A DNA stretch of 62,662 nt, counting the filler, from Choristocarpus tenellus KU-1152 (taxonomy: Eukaryota; Protista; Phaeophyceae): the NCBI GenBank assembly GCA_964200185.2. It is 9 parts of 9 records of this genome, joined end to end, with 100 filler letters (N's around TTAATTAATTAA, not from the genome) between each part and the next. Parts side by side here need not be neighbours in the genome. Positions count along the whole stretch, not along the records: positions 44,133 to 54,286 come from CAXNAD020003117.1; positions 54,387 to 62,662 come from CAXNAD020004906.1; 7 more parts are not named here. The stretch is one strand, 5' to 3'. Below the pieces are notes generated by a model that was given only the letters and a program-made list of their open reading frames with translations, had not been told where the DNA came from and made no database searches. The position numbers were made by a program, and so were the translations under genes. Positions 50,401 to 62,662 of this stretch are shown one piece after another. Numbering within the stretch: position 1 is the first letter of the stretch; every line of letters begins with the position of its first letter.

Positions 50401-53400
50401 ACCTGAGTTTCAAGTGTCGTGATTGTAGTGAGGCTGTCCATGGAAAAAAAGAGACTCGCATCACATATCCGTTAGCTCCAACATGATATGCCCCATCCAA
50501 TTCTCATCTCTTCTCATCAACTGCTTACTACCAGCCCCAGCCCCCAACAAACCCACACTGACTTATTTTGCCTCTTCCAACCTATTTCTGTCGCCATCCT
50601 TACACAGGTCACCACAATTCCCTAGATTCCACCTTCTCCCAGTACCCATACAATAGAAGGCTTTAAACATATTTCATTTCAACAACATCCCAACCCTTAC
50701 CTCCAACAGAAAAGTACTCCCAACACAACTCTACCCCTGTCAAACTCATTCACCAAAATATTCTCCAACTATCTCCAGAGCCAAGCAGCGAACTGTGGCA
50801 TCTTTATCCCTTCTTGCTCGGATGAGAATGGCCTTCATAACTGGATCGTGTACACCACAGGCACCATACTGCAGTGCCAAGGCAAGGACCGACAGACCAA
50901 GCTTGCGTGCAGCAGGGAGAGAAGCTTCTAAGAGGGTGACGATATCCTGAGAGGAAGGTACGGGTTTGAATTGAGCTTGTATTGAGTATGTATAGATTTG
51001 TGAGAATGTAGTTCGTGTTAAACAGTGGTATCTCAAAATATGAAAATCCGAGGCTAAGAACCTTCCCAGCATAATCAGCAGGTCATCACTCCACCAGTCA
51101 TCCGCTTTCCCAGAGCAATCAACCCAACCTTCAATTCTTGAGGCTGTCCATGGACTCCTCTCTCACTCTACCTATATCCTCCTGTTGTAGGGAGTCAGGA
51201 AAGCAGTACAGCTGGGATTTGATTCCACAAGTTATGGGCTTGCTAAGCATTGATTATCACTGGGCCTCGGTGGAACAGTGGTATGATCTCAATGCTTGAC
51301 AGCACAAGTATCTATCACTCGGAGGAAGCTTGTAAGGACAGATCAACATACACAAATGATCGTTAGATCTTTCTTTGTTGTTCATCCCCTTATCTCTTAC
51401 AACATCTATCTGCACAGATGATCGAAACAAATGTGTCTATTCAAAGTAACAAACATAGTCCTGTGATTGATTTTGAAATTGACTATCGTAGCACCACGTG
51501 GTGTATTCTCGGAGAAGTGAGGAAGGACGATGGATCGAAGGAAATTATTTAGGGCACTAGAAAGTTGTGGTAAAATCACCAATAGGTTACAATGGGTACC
51601 TTTCTATGTGAAACACAAACTTGGAACAATACCAGGTGGAGACAAAAATCCTCAAATATCGTAGCCACTCTCTCCTCGGCTATGTCCCTATTAGGCTAGG
51701 TCTCAAAAATGGTGTGGAGGGATTTGGGGAGAAAAGAAAATCGCGGCACTCACAATTGTATGAAGGAACTCCCTAATCCATGATTTGTTGTGTTTGTTTG
51801 TGCCAAACGAACATTTAAAACACTGGAAAAACCTCAATATTATAAGAAGAGGAAGAGGGGTACACAACGACATGACGTGGAGGGTGATGATGAAGATTTA
51901 ACCATTTTATTGCACTATTGTTGTAATTATTTCAAAACTTGGTTCAATTGCATCAAAACCGTGGTCAGATGTTGCCTAGAAGAGAACGCAGTAGGTGGAA
52001 GGAATGTGGCAAAATAATGAAGAAGCGCGAAGGAGAACTAGAGGGCTTAGACACAGTAGTAATAAAGGTTTTAGCCATCACCTACACTGTGTTTCGACCC
52101 AGAACATGCCACAGTAAGAGTCAGACACCGAGGTCGAATTTGAGCAGGTCCAATGTGTATTGCGCCCCAGGCTCTAGAGACACAACCAGAACGTGCACCT
52201 TCATATTTTTTGCATGCTATATCCCTCGAATGAGCTATAAGAGGACGAAGGCTACAGCAAAACACAAACATTACTTTGACAAATAAGAGATTACCATTCT
52301 GTATTTCTTCTTCTTCTCTTTATATTTCTCTTCTGATTCCTCAAGGACCTTTACTTGTGATTACTTCCTCGGCGGAAAAGTAGAGTGTACCTCAGGTACT
52401 GGATTTGTGTATACGATAGGAGGAAATATCTATTCTTCCTCGAAATTTACTCCAATGTCCCCCACCTTGGAAAATGTCAGAACATGGATAGGAAGGCATG
52501 CACATGCCTGTGACAAAAAGTTGCCAAGGTGAGTCCATGTCTTGTCTCCACTACTTTTTGCAGTGGCCACGACCTCAGTCACAACATGTTGGAGGAGACC
52601 TGTCCCACGGTGAGGGGACAGCAAGTAGATGAGGCGGGAACCTGAATAGGGAGATGATCCAGCTAAAGGAAACCATATGTCACATGGTGGATATACATCT
52701 AGCAGCCCAGATGCAGGGGTCCTAACAACAATATAAACAGCAGGAAGAAGTTGAACTTCTTGGGCACAATTGTGACTTGGAGGAAATTGAGGGAAGAATT
52801 AAGAGAAAAGCAACAATGGAGGAGATAATTAATAGTTAATATCCACGGGGAAAGTGTTGCCTTGGATTGGAACGTGTTGGTAGAAATGTTTCCGTTGAAT
52901 TTTCAATCTCTTCAAGGCACATGGACTGTAATAGTGTTCAAGCCCTGACAATCACACCTGTCTTGATGACTTCATACAAAACTCCAAATGCGCTTAGCTA
53001 GCTTTATCTTCATCCTCATAGCAGCTGGATAGGTGCAGTTTCTAGAAAATCTGTAGAGTCTACTCTCACACTTGCCTGGACCTAACTTACCCATGAACTT
53101 CTTTTGTTGACCTCCTTAATCTCATTTTTCTACAACTTGGTATTTCAACCACTGCAACAGTGCCAGGAGGACTCTCCATACCCAAGTCCCTCCCTTCTAC
53201 ACCCTTCCTCACCCCTTAACCCGTGCTATCTACTCTAGTATAGTAATTCCTGTAGCTCTGTCAACTAGTCAATTAGTTATTTGACGAAAATACACGAACT
53301 ACAACAAATCTGGACAACAAGGCATGCACTATTCACCAAGAATCGGTTCTCTTGTTGGTCTTGTCACAATTTCCCCGCCCTCATCCTGAACCAGCTGTAC

Positions 53401-53538
53401 AAGAACCTCTAGTATGATATTGCTTGCCCCTGGCCCTGTCTCCTTAGCCCGAAGTATGGGTAGAAGAGCTACAGGTGGTACAATATTCCTAGATGCCTTT
53501 ACCAGGGCCTGCACCAGGTGCCGCCTATTGCTGCCTCT
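44426..53538 (-). CDS. Large multi-exon HEAT/ARM-repeat protein, partial; weakly PDS5-like
   Basis: Phase-consistent exons 53538-53337, 52641-52466, 50946-50754 (ARRDKDATVRCLALEIV) and one from 50187 (LDESRAVRIKAQTCLLRLL). Further exon-like ORFs occur near 48940-48840, 48680-48380, 48100-47990, 47617-47400, 46987-46825, 46694-46450, 45745, 45075, 44797 and 44514. The lower boundary is approximate. Confidence 0.7.
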
Positions 53539-54203
53539 CTGTGAGACATCATAATGGGGAATGGGTGTGAGGAAGGAACCAAGAAAGAATGGGCACAGGA
53601 TTAGGTGAAACATGTCACATTCGAGGCGTTATTTCTTTCCGCTGCCTGTGAAACTTCATGTTCGAGTAGCTATAGTCCCTCTTGAATAAAACAATATATT
53701 AGGGTGACATGGGGCGAGCTCACACACTGAATTCTAAATAGAAATCAAATAAACTTCTGCATGTTTGAAACAGAGGCTTCATTGAATTTTGTGGCAATAT
53801 GTTAGACTCAGCTTTGAAGTATGCGTTGTGAGCATGTTTGAAGACTTGCTCAGGAACAGATTGATGTTTGTTTTTAGTACATTTAATATCATAAAAAGAG
53901 AATTTATGCGGTTAGTACATTGCTTCAGCTTTATGGAAGGGAGTGTGCGAATTTGCCATGATACAGCAGAGGTAGTGCTGAGTCAGAGGCTAAGAGTATA
54001 AGGGGACCCTAGAGCTCTACAGAATGATCGAAGATAGGTAAGTGGGGTAGGACAATGCATATCTCTCAGTACATGTCAAACAGGTGGCCGATGGTTACCA
54101 GTTCTTCGATTTACGGCCAAATTCAAGGATAAGTTCAATGAAGAGACACACTAGCAGATTGGTCAACTATTGCTCCTATCCGTAGTCAGAACAACTGAGG
54201 AAT

Positions 54204-54286
54204 GGCCCAAAGTATCTGGGAGGGGGGGGGGAGTCTACACCAGGGTGTCCATTTTGGGTAATATCCAGGAAAAGTGCACTTACATT
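54204..54286 (+). mobile_element. MITE family A copy truncated by linker
   Basis: GGCCCAAAGTATCTGGG...GTCTACACCAGGGTGTCCATTT. Confidence 0.85.
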
Positions 54287-54386
54287 NNNNNNNNNNNNNN
54301 NNNNNNNNNNNNNNNNNNNNNNNNNNNNNNTTAATTAATTAANNNNNNNNNNNNNNNNNNNNNNNNNNNNNNNNNNNNNNNNNNNN

Positions 54387-55347
54387 GGATGGAGTGGCCG
54401 AGACAGCATTGAGAGTGTTGGATTTGTGGAGTCAATGATGCCTAGTCTTACCGCTCTTAACGCCAGTAACGCCTCCTCAGGAAATTATTACAGTTGTGGT
54501 GATGCCAGTACTAGCAGGGATCTTGAGGTATGTGTGTGTATGTGTATGTATTAAGTACTGTTTACACTAATAATACTATTGGTAGGTGATGCCAATGCCA
54601 GTGGGTATGTTGAGGCATGTGTGTGTGTATTAAATGGTGTTTATAATAATAATGTTATTTTTACTGGATGTCGGTAGTAGCAGGGTTATGTATGTATGTG
54701 TATTAGACAGTATTGTAGTAGTAGTAGTAGTATATAATAGAATGAGGGAGAAAGTTCTTGTGTGTGTTTACATACCTTTCTTTTTTAAGTCACGTTTGAA
54801 TATTTTTTAGAACAATTGGGGATTGCCTTCAAACCTCCTGAATAAAGTGGCCAACAACTGTGCCCGCTGTAAGGAGTAACTGCAAGGGGTAACTGTAAGG
54901 AGTAACTGCAAGGGGTAACTGTAAGGAGTAACTGAAAGGGGTAACTGTAAGGAGTAACTGCAAGGGGTAACTGTAAGGAGTAACTGTAAGGAGTAGCTGT
55001 AAGGAGTAAATGTAAGAAGGTCAGTCACAAACAGAAGAGTTAAGTGTGGGGTATTCAGATCCCGCATCAAGAGATGAGACCAGTGAGTTCACTCAGTTTC
55101 CCCCCCAAAAAATTGTGTAATATTCTCAGTTGTGTTATTTAAAAAAATGAAATAACCTCTTCAGCAGGGGCTGTGGTAAATAAATCGTTTTTGGTGCAAT
55201 CAACCATGGAAGATGTTTGATCTTTAGTGAACCCTGATGCTACAAACACTTCATTATTTTTAAACCTACATAGATCTCTCTTGATCTTTGTAGTGTATGC
55301 ACACCCTACTCAAACTTACAACTTTACTAACTTTCTTGTATCTTACG

Positions 55348-55407
<60 letters not shown>

Positions 55408-58400
55408 CATAATACATACATACACACATATACATACATACAAACATAACACTGTATAAAGTCAGCAGGGTTAGGGTGTTTGAGCCAGAATACTCCAGGG
55501 GGGTTTTGACTTCCACATAGGAGATGTGAGATATCTTTTGAGATAATCATGACAAATGGCTGTTACAGTAAGTCTTGATATCCCTAACCTTGCTTGTCCA
55601 GGAGTTGGGTATATTTGAGTTAACTAGGACCTTCTCACTCTAACCCACTCCACTTGTGTGCCCCCATAGTTTATTTTGTTGTTGGAAAGTTCATTGCAAT
55701 AGACAAGCTGGAGATACAACAATAAATATGTTACATGTATTCAAATATTTATATTTTTTATTTTTGTAAAACAATAAAAAGTTAAGTAGTCGTACTGCAA
55801 GCAGGATGAGGGTGCTTTATTGGTACTGGTATAGAGGTAAATAAGCGGAGGCATTTTTTGGTTTCTTTGTTGGATATCGTTTCACTCTACCCATCTCTAG
55901 CTTTGCCGACCCTAACCCTAACCCTAATATCTTGCATATGTATTAATATTTTTTTATCACACGTCGGAGAGTGTATAAATAACACAATGTAATAATTGTA
56001 AATGTAACTGTATTTGTAACTGCCACTGTAGAATGTACGGTCCTGTTTGGCATCCGTAATGGATGCCTTTTCACTGTGGTGCTAGGGATGATTTGCTCTA
56101 TTCCATTACATCTCTCTGCCTCTTGGTCTGCTACGGGTCTATTATGGGTCTGCTATCCTGCATGTAATGCCAGGAGGTCCATTTGCTCGATATGTGTGAT
56201 GTCAGGGGACAAAACAGGGAAATACATATACATTTTTTTAATGTTATTTTTTAATTCATTTTTTTATTGCTCCATGGAATCGACCCATTGGTTGGTTCAC
56301 TGTTTGATACTGTTGTTTCAAAATTTGTTGCGATATATATATTTATGTATGTTTAATTTCATACTTTATTTGGGGGGGGGGGTTGGGGGAGGGAGGAAGA
56401 GTAGGCGAGAGATTTTTAATTTTTTTTTTTTTGTGTAATGTGAAAAAATATATGTTACCTTGTCTTGAGGTGGGTATGTGTGACTCCGTAACCCTAACAT
56501 TCAATATGTGCTGCACTGTGCACCTCAGGTTCTTAGCCATAAATAACACTTCTTAACTAAAATGAAACATCCCTGTGCAATGGCAAATCCTTAACTCTAA
56601 CATTCAATGTGTGGCTGCACTGCGCACCTCAGTTTCTTAGCCAAAACACTTATCAACATAACACTTATCAATTTTTTTTATCTTGTTTGGTTACTTGTTT
56701 TGTTGAACCATGGTGGGGAAGGTTATGGATCCTGCAGATGTTGAAGAGTCAGCGGCGAGCAAGACCTGTATCCATAACATCATGCCTGAAGATCCCGTGG
56801 ACATCCTGCGGGTTTCTTTGGAACTGACCACCAATGACACAAAATTGCAGAGTGAAGGCAATGTGGATGGTGAGAAGTCAGATATATACACATATGCATA
56901 TACATACACACATACATATACACATATGCAGATACGTACATACATACATAGCACATATATGCACACATACACACACATACACAGATACAGATACAGATAC
57001 ATAATACATACATAACACACACATATACAGATACAGATACATAATACATACATACACACACATACACATATTCATACAAGGATGCAGATACATACATATA
57101 CATACACATACATACACATATTCATACAAGGATGCAGATACATACATATACATAAACATACACATACACATACTCCCTTGCACATGGGTTTGAACACTTG
57201 AAGTGAAAGGGGAACAAAACGACCTGATTTACAGGCTGTACTATTTGTGAGTTTGTTCATAGTTCAGGTTTAGGGTTAGGGTTAATGAGAATTGTAAATA
57301 GAGGTTGGATTTAGAAATTTCAGTGAAAATATCCACGGGTCATGGTTAGGGTTAGGGTTGATGAGATCGATAAATTGAAGTTGGACTGGAAAATTCCAGT
57401 GAACATCACATTTCAATTTTTTTAATACTTTAATTTTGGTAGTAGTGGTAGAAGTAATGGTGGTAATATTTTTAGTAATTGTAGTGGTAGTAGTACTAGT
57501 AATAGTAGTACTAGTACTAGTAATAGTAAATAGTAGTAGTAGTAGTAATAGTAATAGAATATTGTGTGTCCTCATATGTCTCTTGTTCAATTGTTGTGCT
57601 CCCATTGATCTCTCTGGTATGATGCCTCAATTAAAGTTTATTGAGGGTCATCGTCGTGTTCAATTGCTGTTGCATATTTATTATCATTTATTATTGTTAC
57701 TATCATTATTATTTTTTAAGGGAGTCAGGGTCATGGTTGTGCTAGTAGTTTGTTGAAAGTAGGAAGGCATTGTTTTGGTCTTGCTGTATGCTACTGTTAT
57801 CCGATTGAAGAGATGCATCTCTTGACACTTGATATTGACACTTGATAATGGACACTTCAGTTACACTGTACCATGACCTGGAGGTGATGTGGAGATATTG
57901 TAGTTGGCATGTTTTGCTCAAGAGATGAAGTGAACACCTCTGCTCACATGCTTTTATTTAGTGGCTGTTCAATTTAGGAATGGAATGGTCTATGGTTTGA
58001 TGAAGTGAAGAGTGATGTAAGCTTGGATTGGGGTCTTTTAACCCTCTAGATTTCCATGTATTAACATTTACTGAAATACCTCTTAACTACAAGACAAAGA
58101 CCCTCATTATTATTATTATTATTTCCCATCCTTGATATGTATAATACTTGTTTATTACTAATATTAGAAGTATACATTATATTAACATGTATATATACAT
58201 ACTTCATTATTTCTATTATTAGAAGTATACTTTATATTAACATGTGACACGTTATAATTATGGTTCAGTCAGGTATAACATGTGCAATGTCTTTATTGGC
58301 GTGATTATGTGTTCCTAAATGTTATTAGGTGAATATGTACGGAGGGTGTGTTAGGGATTGTGATAGGGATTGTGTTAGGAGGGATGTCAAACCATCCAGT

Positions 58401-61400
58401 CGAATAAAGACACTCTTAGTGCTATGTGTATACCCTCATAAAATCATGCAAGTACGCCTTCCAAGTGCAAGGAAAAAAAATGTGCATTGCCCTCTGTATT
58501 GAGATAGCAAGATTCAACCGTCTCCACTACCCCTGCCCCCCCCCCCCCCCCCCCCCCCAAAACTTTTTATTTTTTTTTTTTTTTTTTAGTTGTTGTCTTC
58601 TCCTCCCCCCCCCAAGCAGCAGTGGGGAGTTGTCGAACATGGAAGGCATGCCCAAGGGTGTGACACTGGCTCCCTCCGGTCTCAACCCATCAGGTCAGAA
58701 AGGGGAGGGACTGTAGTCGGGGGGGTTGTTTTCTGTAGTGATATACATAGTGATATACATAGTGAGGAGTGAGGAGTGAGATATACATAGTGATATACAT
58801 AGTGGGGAGTGAGATATACATGGTGATATACATAGTGGGGAGTGACGAGTGAGGAGTGAGTCTCGTAGATACTGTTGTTGTGACCATTTTTGTTGATTGT
58901 ATGTTCCTGATGCCAATTGATGATCAACAATGGTTTGGGTTTAGTGATGTGTGTGCATGATTATAGTGGGACATGCATGATGCACAACTTGACTTTTTTA
59001 TGATTCTCTTTAACTTTTCTCAACCAGTGAGGTGAGTGCTGCCTTCTCTGGACTAAACTACCTTTTTTAACAACCACTTGCCTGGGATACCTCAACACTA
59101 ATGTGAAAATAATAATAATAATATTAGTAATAATGATACTTATATATGACTCCTCAATGGTACAATGTAGTGTTTTAATGATGATAATAAAAATACTATT
59201 AGTAATAATGATACTTATGTATGACTCCTCAATGGTACAATGTAGTGTTTTAATAATGATAATAAAAATACTATTAGTAATAATGATACTTATGTATGAC
59301 TCCTCAATGGTACAATGTAGTGTTTTAATGATAATAAAAATAATCTTAGTAATAATGATACGTATATATGACTCCTTAATGGTGCATTGCAGTGTTTTAT
59401 TAAGGATAATAATAATAATAGTAAATTGTGATCAGGTTGTCTGCACGTAACCATTTTTTTTTCTATTGACCTGCTGCCGACTTGATTGTGAGTGAGAGAT
59501 TTGGCTGGCCTCGTCCCTGAGAAAACTAGCATTTAAACGCCATCCATAAACTGGTCACTCCGGTACAATTCTTACCGTCCTCTCTAGCAACTCCCACGCA
59601 GAATGCCTGATTAGTATGAAACATTACAAAGTCTTTGAAATGATACCCCCCAACTCTACGATTAACCTTAACCCTAAATCCTGATCTAGTGCATAATTAT
59701 TTATATAGATTTATATAGATACATGTGTGTGTTCACCTGTGCGCGTTGGTTGTTCCTTAGGGTTAGGGTTAGGGCCTCTCACCTGCGGAGGCGAGTTGAT
59801 GGTTGGGGGGGAGGGGGGGGGAGGGGGGAGGCTATCTATTGGGTCGGTATGTTCACAGGGTAATGCCAGCGGTAATGGTGCAAGGACAGGGAGTGGGGGG
59901 GGGGGGACGGTGTCAGGGTCTCGGCCGCAGTTTGAAACTCCTCAGGCAGAGGTGGGTGGGTGGGGGGGGGGGTCTTTCTGTGACCAGTGTGTCCTTATCT
60001 GTCATTGTGGTGTGTATGGGTACCATTAGAGACTCTGTTTTTGTTTGTTTAAGGGTTAGGGTTAGGGTCTATTTTGTGGGTTGTGAAGGTGAGGATTTGA
60101 GTAGATATTTGTATCAGAATATTTTATTATTGTTTGTAGTATTAGTGTCAGTGTTGTGGATTGGATTGGATTGGATTGGTCAAACAGACCATTCTGAATT
60201 AGTTTTTTTTTTTCATCCAATGGGATGGACGTAGTTTGGGTGTCGTCTGCCTCTAACTAACCCTAGCATTTGTTTATATTTTTTATTGGTTTTATTTTTA
60301 TTTATTTATAGTGTGTGGCACACACCACTGATGCAATTCATTTATACCTGTGATGTGATGATGTGGCGTAGTACAGTGGTCGAGTGAAACTGTGAAACTG
60401 TGAAACTGTGATTGAACTATTTGAAGAGTAAACGCCGTTGATTGTGTTGATTACTTTTGAGTGGGGTGATTGCGTTGATTACTTTTGAGTGAGGTGATTG
60501 TGTTGATTACTCTTGAGTGGGGTGATTGGGTCTGGATGTTGAGGTTGGTGATAGTTCGTTCAAAGGGTCTATGATTGTACCACAATGTCTAAAACCACTG
60601 TCCTTCCTGTTATGATCAAAATTGTAGCGAGTATCCTCATGTTCAAAAAAATAGTATGCCTGTTCAAGTAGTACCAACACCTGCTTCAACTAGAAGGGCA
60701 TAGCGTATGTGTTTTGTCCAATTCCATGTATGCATGTATTCATGTATTGATGAATACCTTTTCCGTGCACATGGAAATGCACACCGTATCCCTAACCCTA
60801 ACCCTAACCCTAACCCCATCCAGAATTTCAAGAATAAATAATATTGCTACTATAATAGTAAGATTTTGCTTGTGTTTGCTCTTAATGGTACAGTACATTT
60901 ACACAAAACCGTCACCAATTCATGCATGCTCTTATTAGTACCTTATTAGTACCTACAGTATGTGTGTGTATAGATATCACAACCGTAATCATCTCGTAAA
61001 TTGTTTTTACCTACAGTAGCGTTTTCGTTTTTTTTTTTGTAGACTTTCTAGTGGTAGGTACTATTATTTTTTTCTTACTAGTTTAGTAGTGACCCTAGCC
61101 CTAACCCTAACCCCGCAACAACAATGAATTAAAAAAAACCAGACCAAGTACAAGTGGGGCAGTCAACCTCAGTACGGAGACTGGGGAATAAGCCCTCCAT
61201 CCTCTGCAGGGATACTGAGGAGATGTGCACGGATGCTTGATTCCACTATCAACGCCAGGGGAGGAAAGGAGCAGCAGTCAAAAAACTCTCTATCCACATC
61301 ACAGTCAACTCTGGAAGGAGAGGGAAGGCAGGAGGATGAGTGTGAGGTGAGAATATTATTATTGTTGTTATTGTTAATTGTCATACTCATTATTGTTATT

Positions 61401-62530
61401 GTTGTCATTATCATTGTTGTTATTGTTAATTGTCATATTCATTATTGTTATTATTGTCATTATCATTGTTGTTATTGTTAATTGTCATATTCATTATTGT
61501 TATTGTTGTCATTATCATTGTTGTTATTGTTAATTGTCATATTCATTATTATTATTGTTATCAGATGCTCAATTGGTTTGACATGTGTTAGGGTTAGAGA
61601 TTTGATTTGATTTCTATTAATCGCGGAGTTCGTTTGATAGCCTTTGATGGGTGATGTAGAAGAGGTTAGGGTTAGGGTTAGGTTTAGAGTGCCTGTTGCT
61701 TGTATAGTTTTGTTCTATTGAAGAAGAAAGAAGTCTAGTTTCGAATAAAGTGAGGACAGTGAGGACTTTGCAATTCGATGAGATGGTTAGGGTTAGGGTT
61801 GGTGTTCTGAAACCACAGTTCAAATAGCAGTTACTGTTCCCTTCCCATCCTGCCTGTGTGTACCGCTTCCATCCTAACGTGCATGCCTTCCTCTCCCTGT
61901 GCAAACCCATCAGGTGTTGCCCCGAGAATTTCCCCCAACAAAATGCATTATGGGTAGTGCAATCAGTAGCATTGCCCACACTACACCAGTCCGGCCATCA
62001 GGAGGTAGTAAGGGTGTTGTTGCAACAGGGAGTGGGGGGGGGCTAGGGGGCAAGGATGAGATGGGGGCAGGGGCGGGACTGGGAGCGTCTCCAACGATGC
62101 GAGATGTGACTGCTCACCAGTATAGTTGGAGAAAGTCTCAACAGTTACATTTACAACTACAGCAGCCTCTGACGTCCTCCATGTCCAGTTCATCATTAGA
62201 TCAGGGGGGGGTGACGTCATCTGGACATCAGTTGTTCTCTGGGAGGGTGTCTTTTAGTTCAAGACAACGCCTCCATACTCTGGTTGAGCTTGATCGCTTG
62301 GAGGGGGGGGGAGGTGGGTGTGATGATGTCAGTGGAAATAGGAGTGAAAATTGTGGGAGTTGTTCGCCTGGGGTGGGGGACATGAGCTTGGAGGCACCAA
62401 GCAAAGGGGAGGAAAGGGGGGGACTTGGAGAGTGGGTATCTGATTGTGAGGATGGTGAGGGGTTAGTTTTGGATGGTGCAGAGGCGGGGCTGGAAGTGGA
62501 CTGGGTGACGTGTGGGGGAGGAGAGTCTAG
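54387..62530 (+). CDS. Partial multi-exon gene, Ser/Gly-rich low-complexity protein of unknown function
   Basis: GT-AG exons 54387-54527, 56722-56869, about 58617-58693 (frame uncertain), 59859-59951, 61143-61346 and 61914-62530. The last three join in phase 0. Introns are rich in microsatellites. Confidence 0.65.
54867..55012. repeat. 13-bp minisatellite with alternating variants CTGTAAGGAGTAA / CTGCAAGGGGTAA
   Basis: About 11 units directly visible. Confidence 0.9.
55349..55445. repeat. (CATA)n microsatellite
   Basis: Direct observation. Confidence 0.95.
56882..57172. repeat. Compound CA/TA-rich microsatellite
   Basis: Direct observation. Confidence 0.9.
58737..58861. repeat. Compound minisatellite GTGATATACATA / GTGAGGA
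   Basis: Direct observation. Confidence 0.9.
59105..59422. repeat. Tandem repeat of about 75-78 bp, four units
   Basis: Core TATGACTCCTCAATGGTACAATGTAGTGTTTTAAT repeated four times. Confidence 0.9.
60438..60528. repeat. 29-bp tandem repeat, three units
   Basis: GATTGTGTTGATTACTTTTGAGTGGGGT repeated. Confidence 0.85.
60790..60816 (-). repeat. Interstitial telomeric repeat (CCCTAA)x4, longest perfect run among many in the window
   Basis: Other runs at 4964, 11248, 35767, 36380, 55910, 57270, 57345, 59757, 60051, 61093, 61664 and 61785. Confidence 0.9.
61354..61562. repeat. Degenerate (ATT/GTT)n trinucleotide repeat
   Basis: Direct observation. Confidence 0.9.
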
Positions 62531-62662
62531 GTGAGAGAGGGAGGGTGTGACTGAGTTATTTGAAGGAAATGTGTTTGGGGGGGGGGGGGGGCTTGGGGGG
62601 GACAGGGGGGGGGACGGGTTTGTGGGGGGGAGGGGGGGGGGACGGGGGTGGGGTGGGGTTTT

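Noticed and set aside
51261-51310. tRNA or SINE head (GGTGGAACAGTGGTA A-box-like)
   Set aside because: No B box or cloverleaf follows.
56691-57756. Several 60-120 aa ORFs (CMYV.., VVVV.., TTTT..)
   Set aside because: They are translations of microsatellites, apart from the exon at 56722-56869.
59105-59422. CRISPR-like repeat-spacer array
   Set aside because: The intervening sequences are near-identical AAT-rich copies, not unique spacers. The context is a eukaryotic intron with no cas genes.

Overview
Eukaryotic, intron-rich and repeat-rich genomic DNA, probably a brown alga or related stramenopile (inferred from TTAGGG telomere-type repeats, long introns and the transposon content). It consists of nine contigs joined by eight artificial 100-nt linkers (44 N + TTAATTAATTAA + 44 N), so order across linkers cannot be trusted. 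The one clearly identifiable host gene is the 5' part of ALG6 (three exons, minus strand). There are several partial multi-exon genes of uncertain function: a large HEAT/ARM-repeat protein, a Lys/Glu-rich protein that may be an ABCF N-terminus, and low-complexity proteins. Mobile DNA includes a decayed DD39D-like mariner, a Copia remnant carrying a nested, internally deleted 2.5-kb Copia with both LTRs, and the 3' end of a chromodomain Gypsy interrupted by a solo LTR and three MITEs. It also includes a probable DNA transposase N-terminus and two MITE families with shared termini. The most unusual items are an intact, intronless 633-aa coiled-coil/CCCH/RGG ORF resembling a DIRS/Ngaro-type Gag with no pol beside it, and many short interstitial telomere repeats, two of them inside MITE copies whose siblings lack them. 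No clearly new multi-gene system can be demonstrated from the sequence alone.
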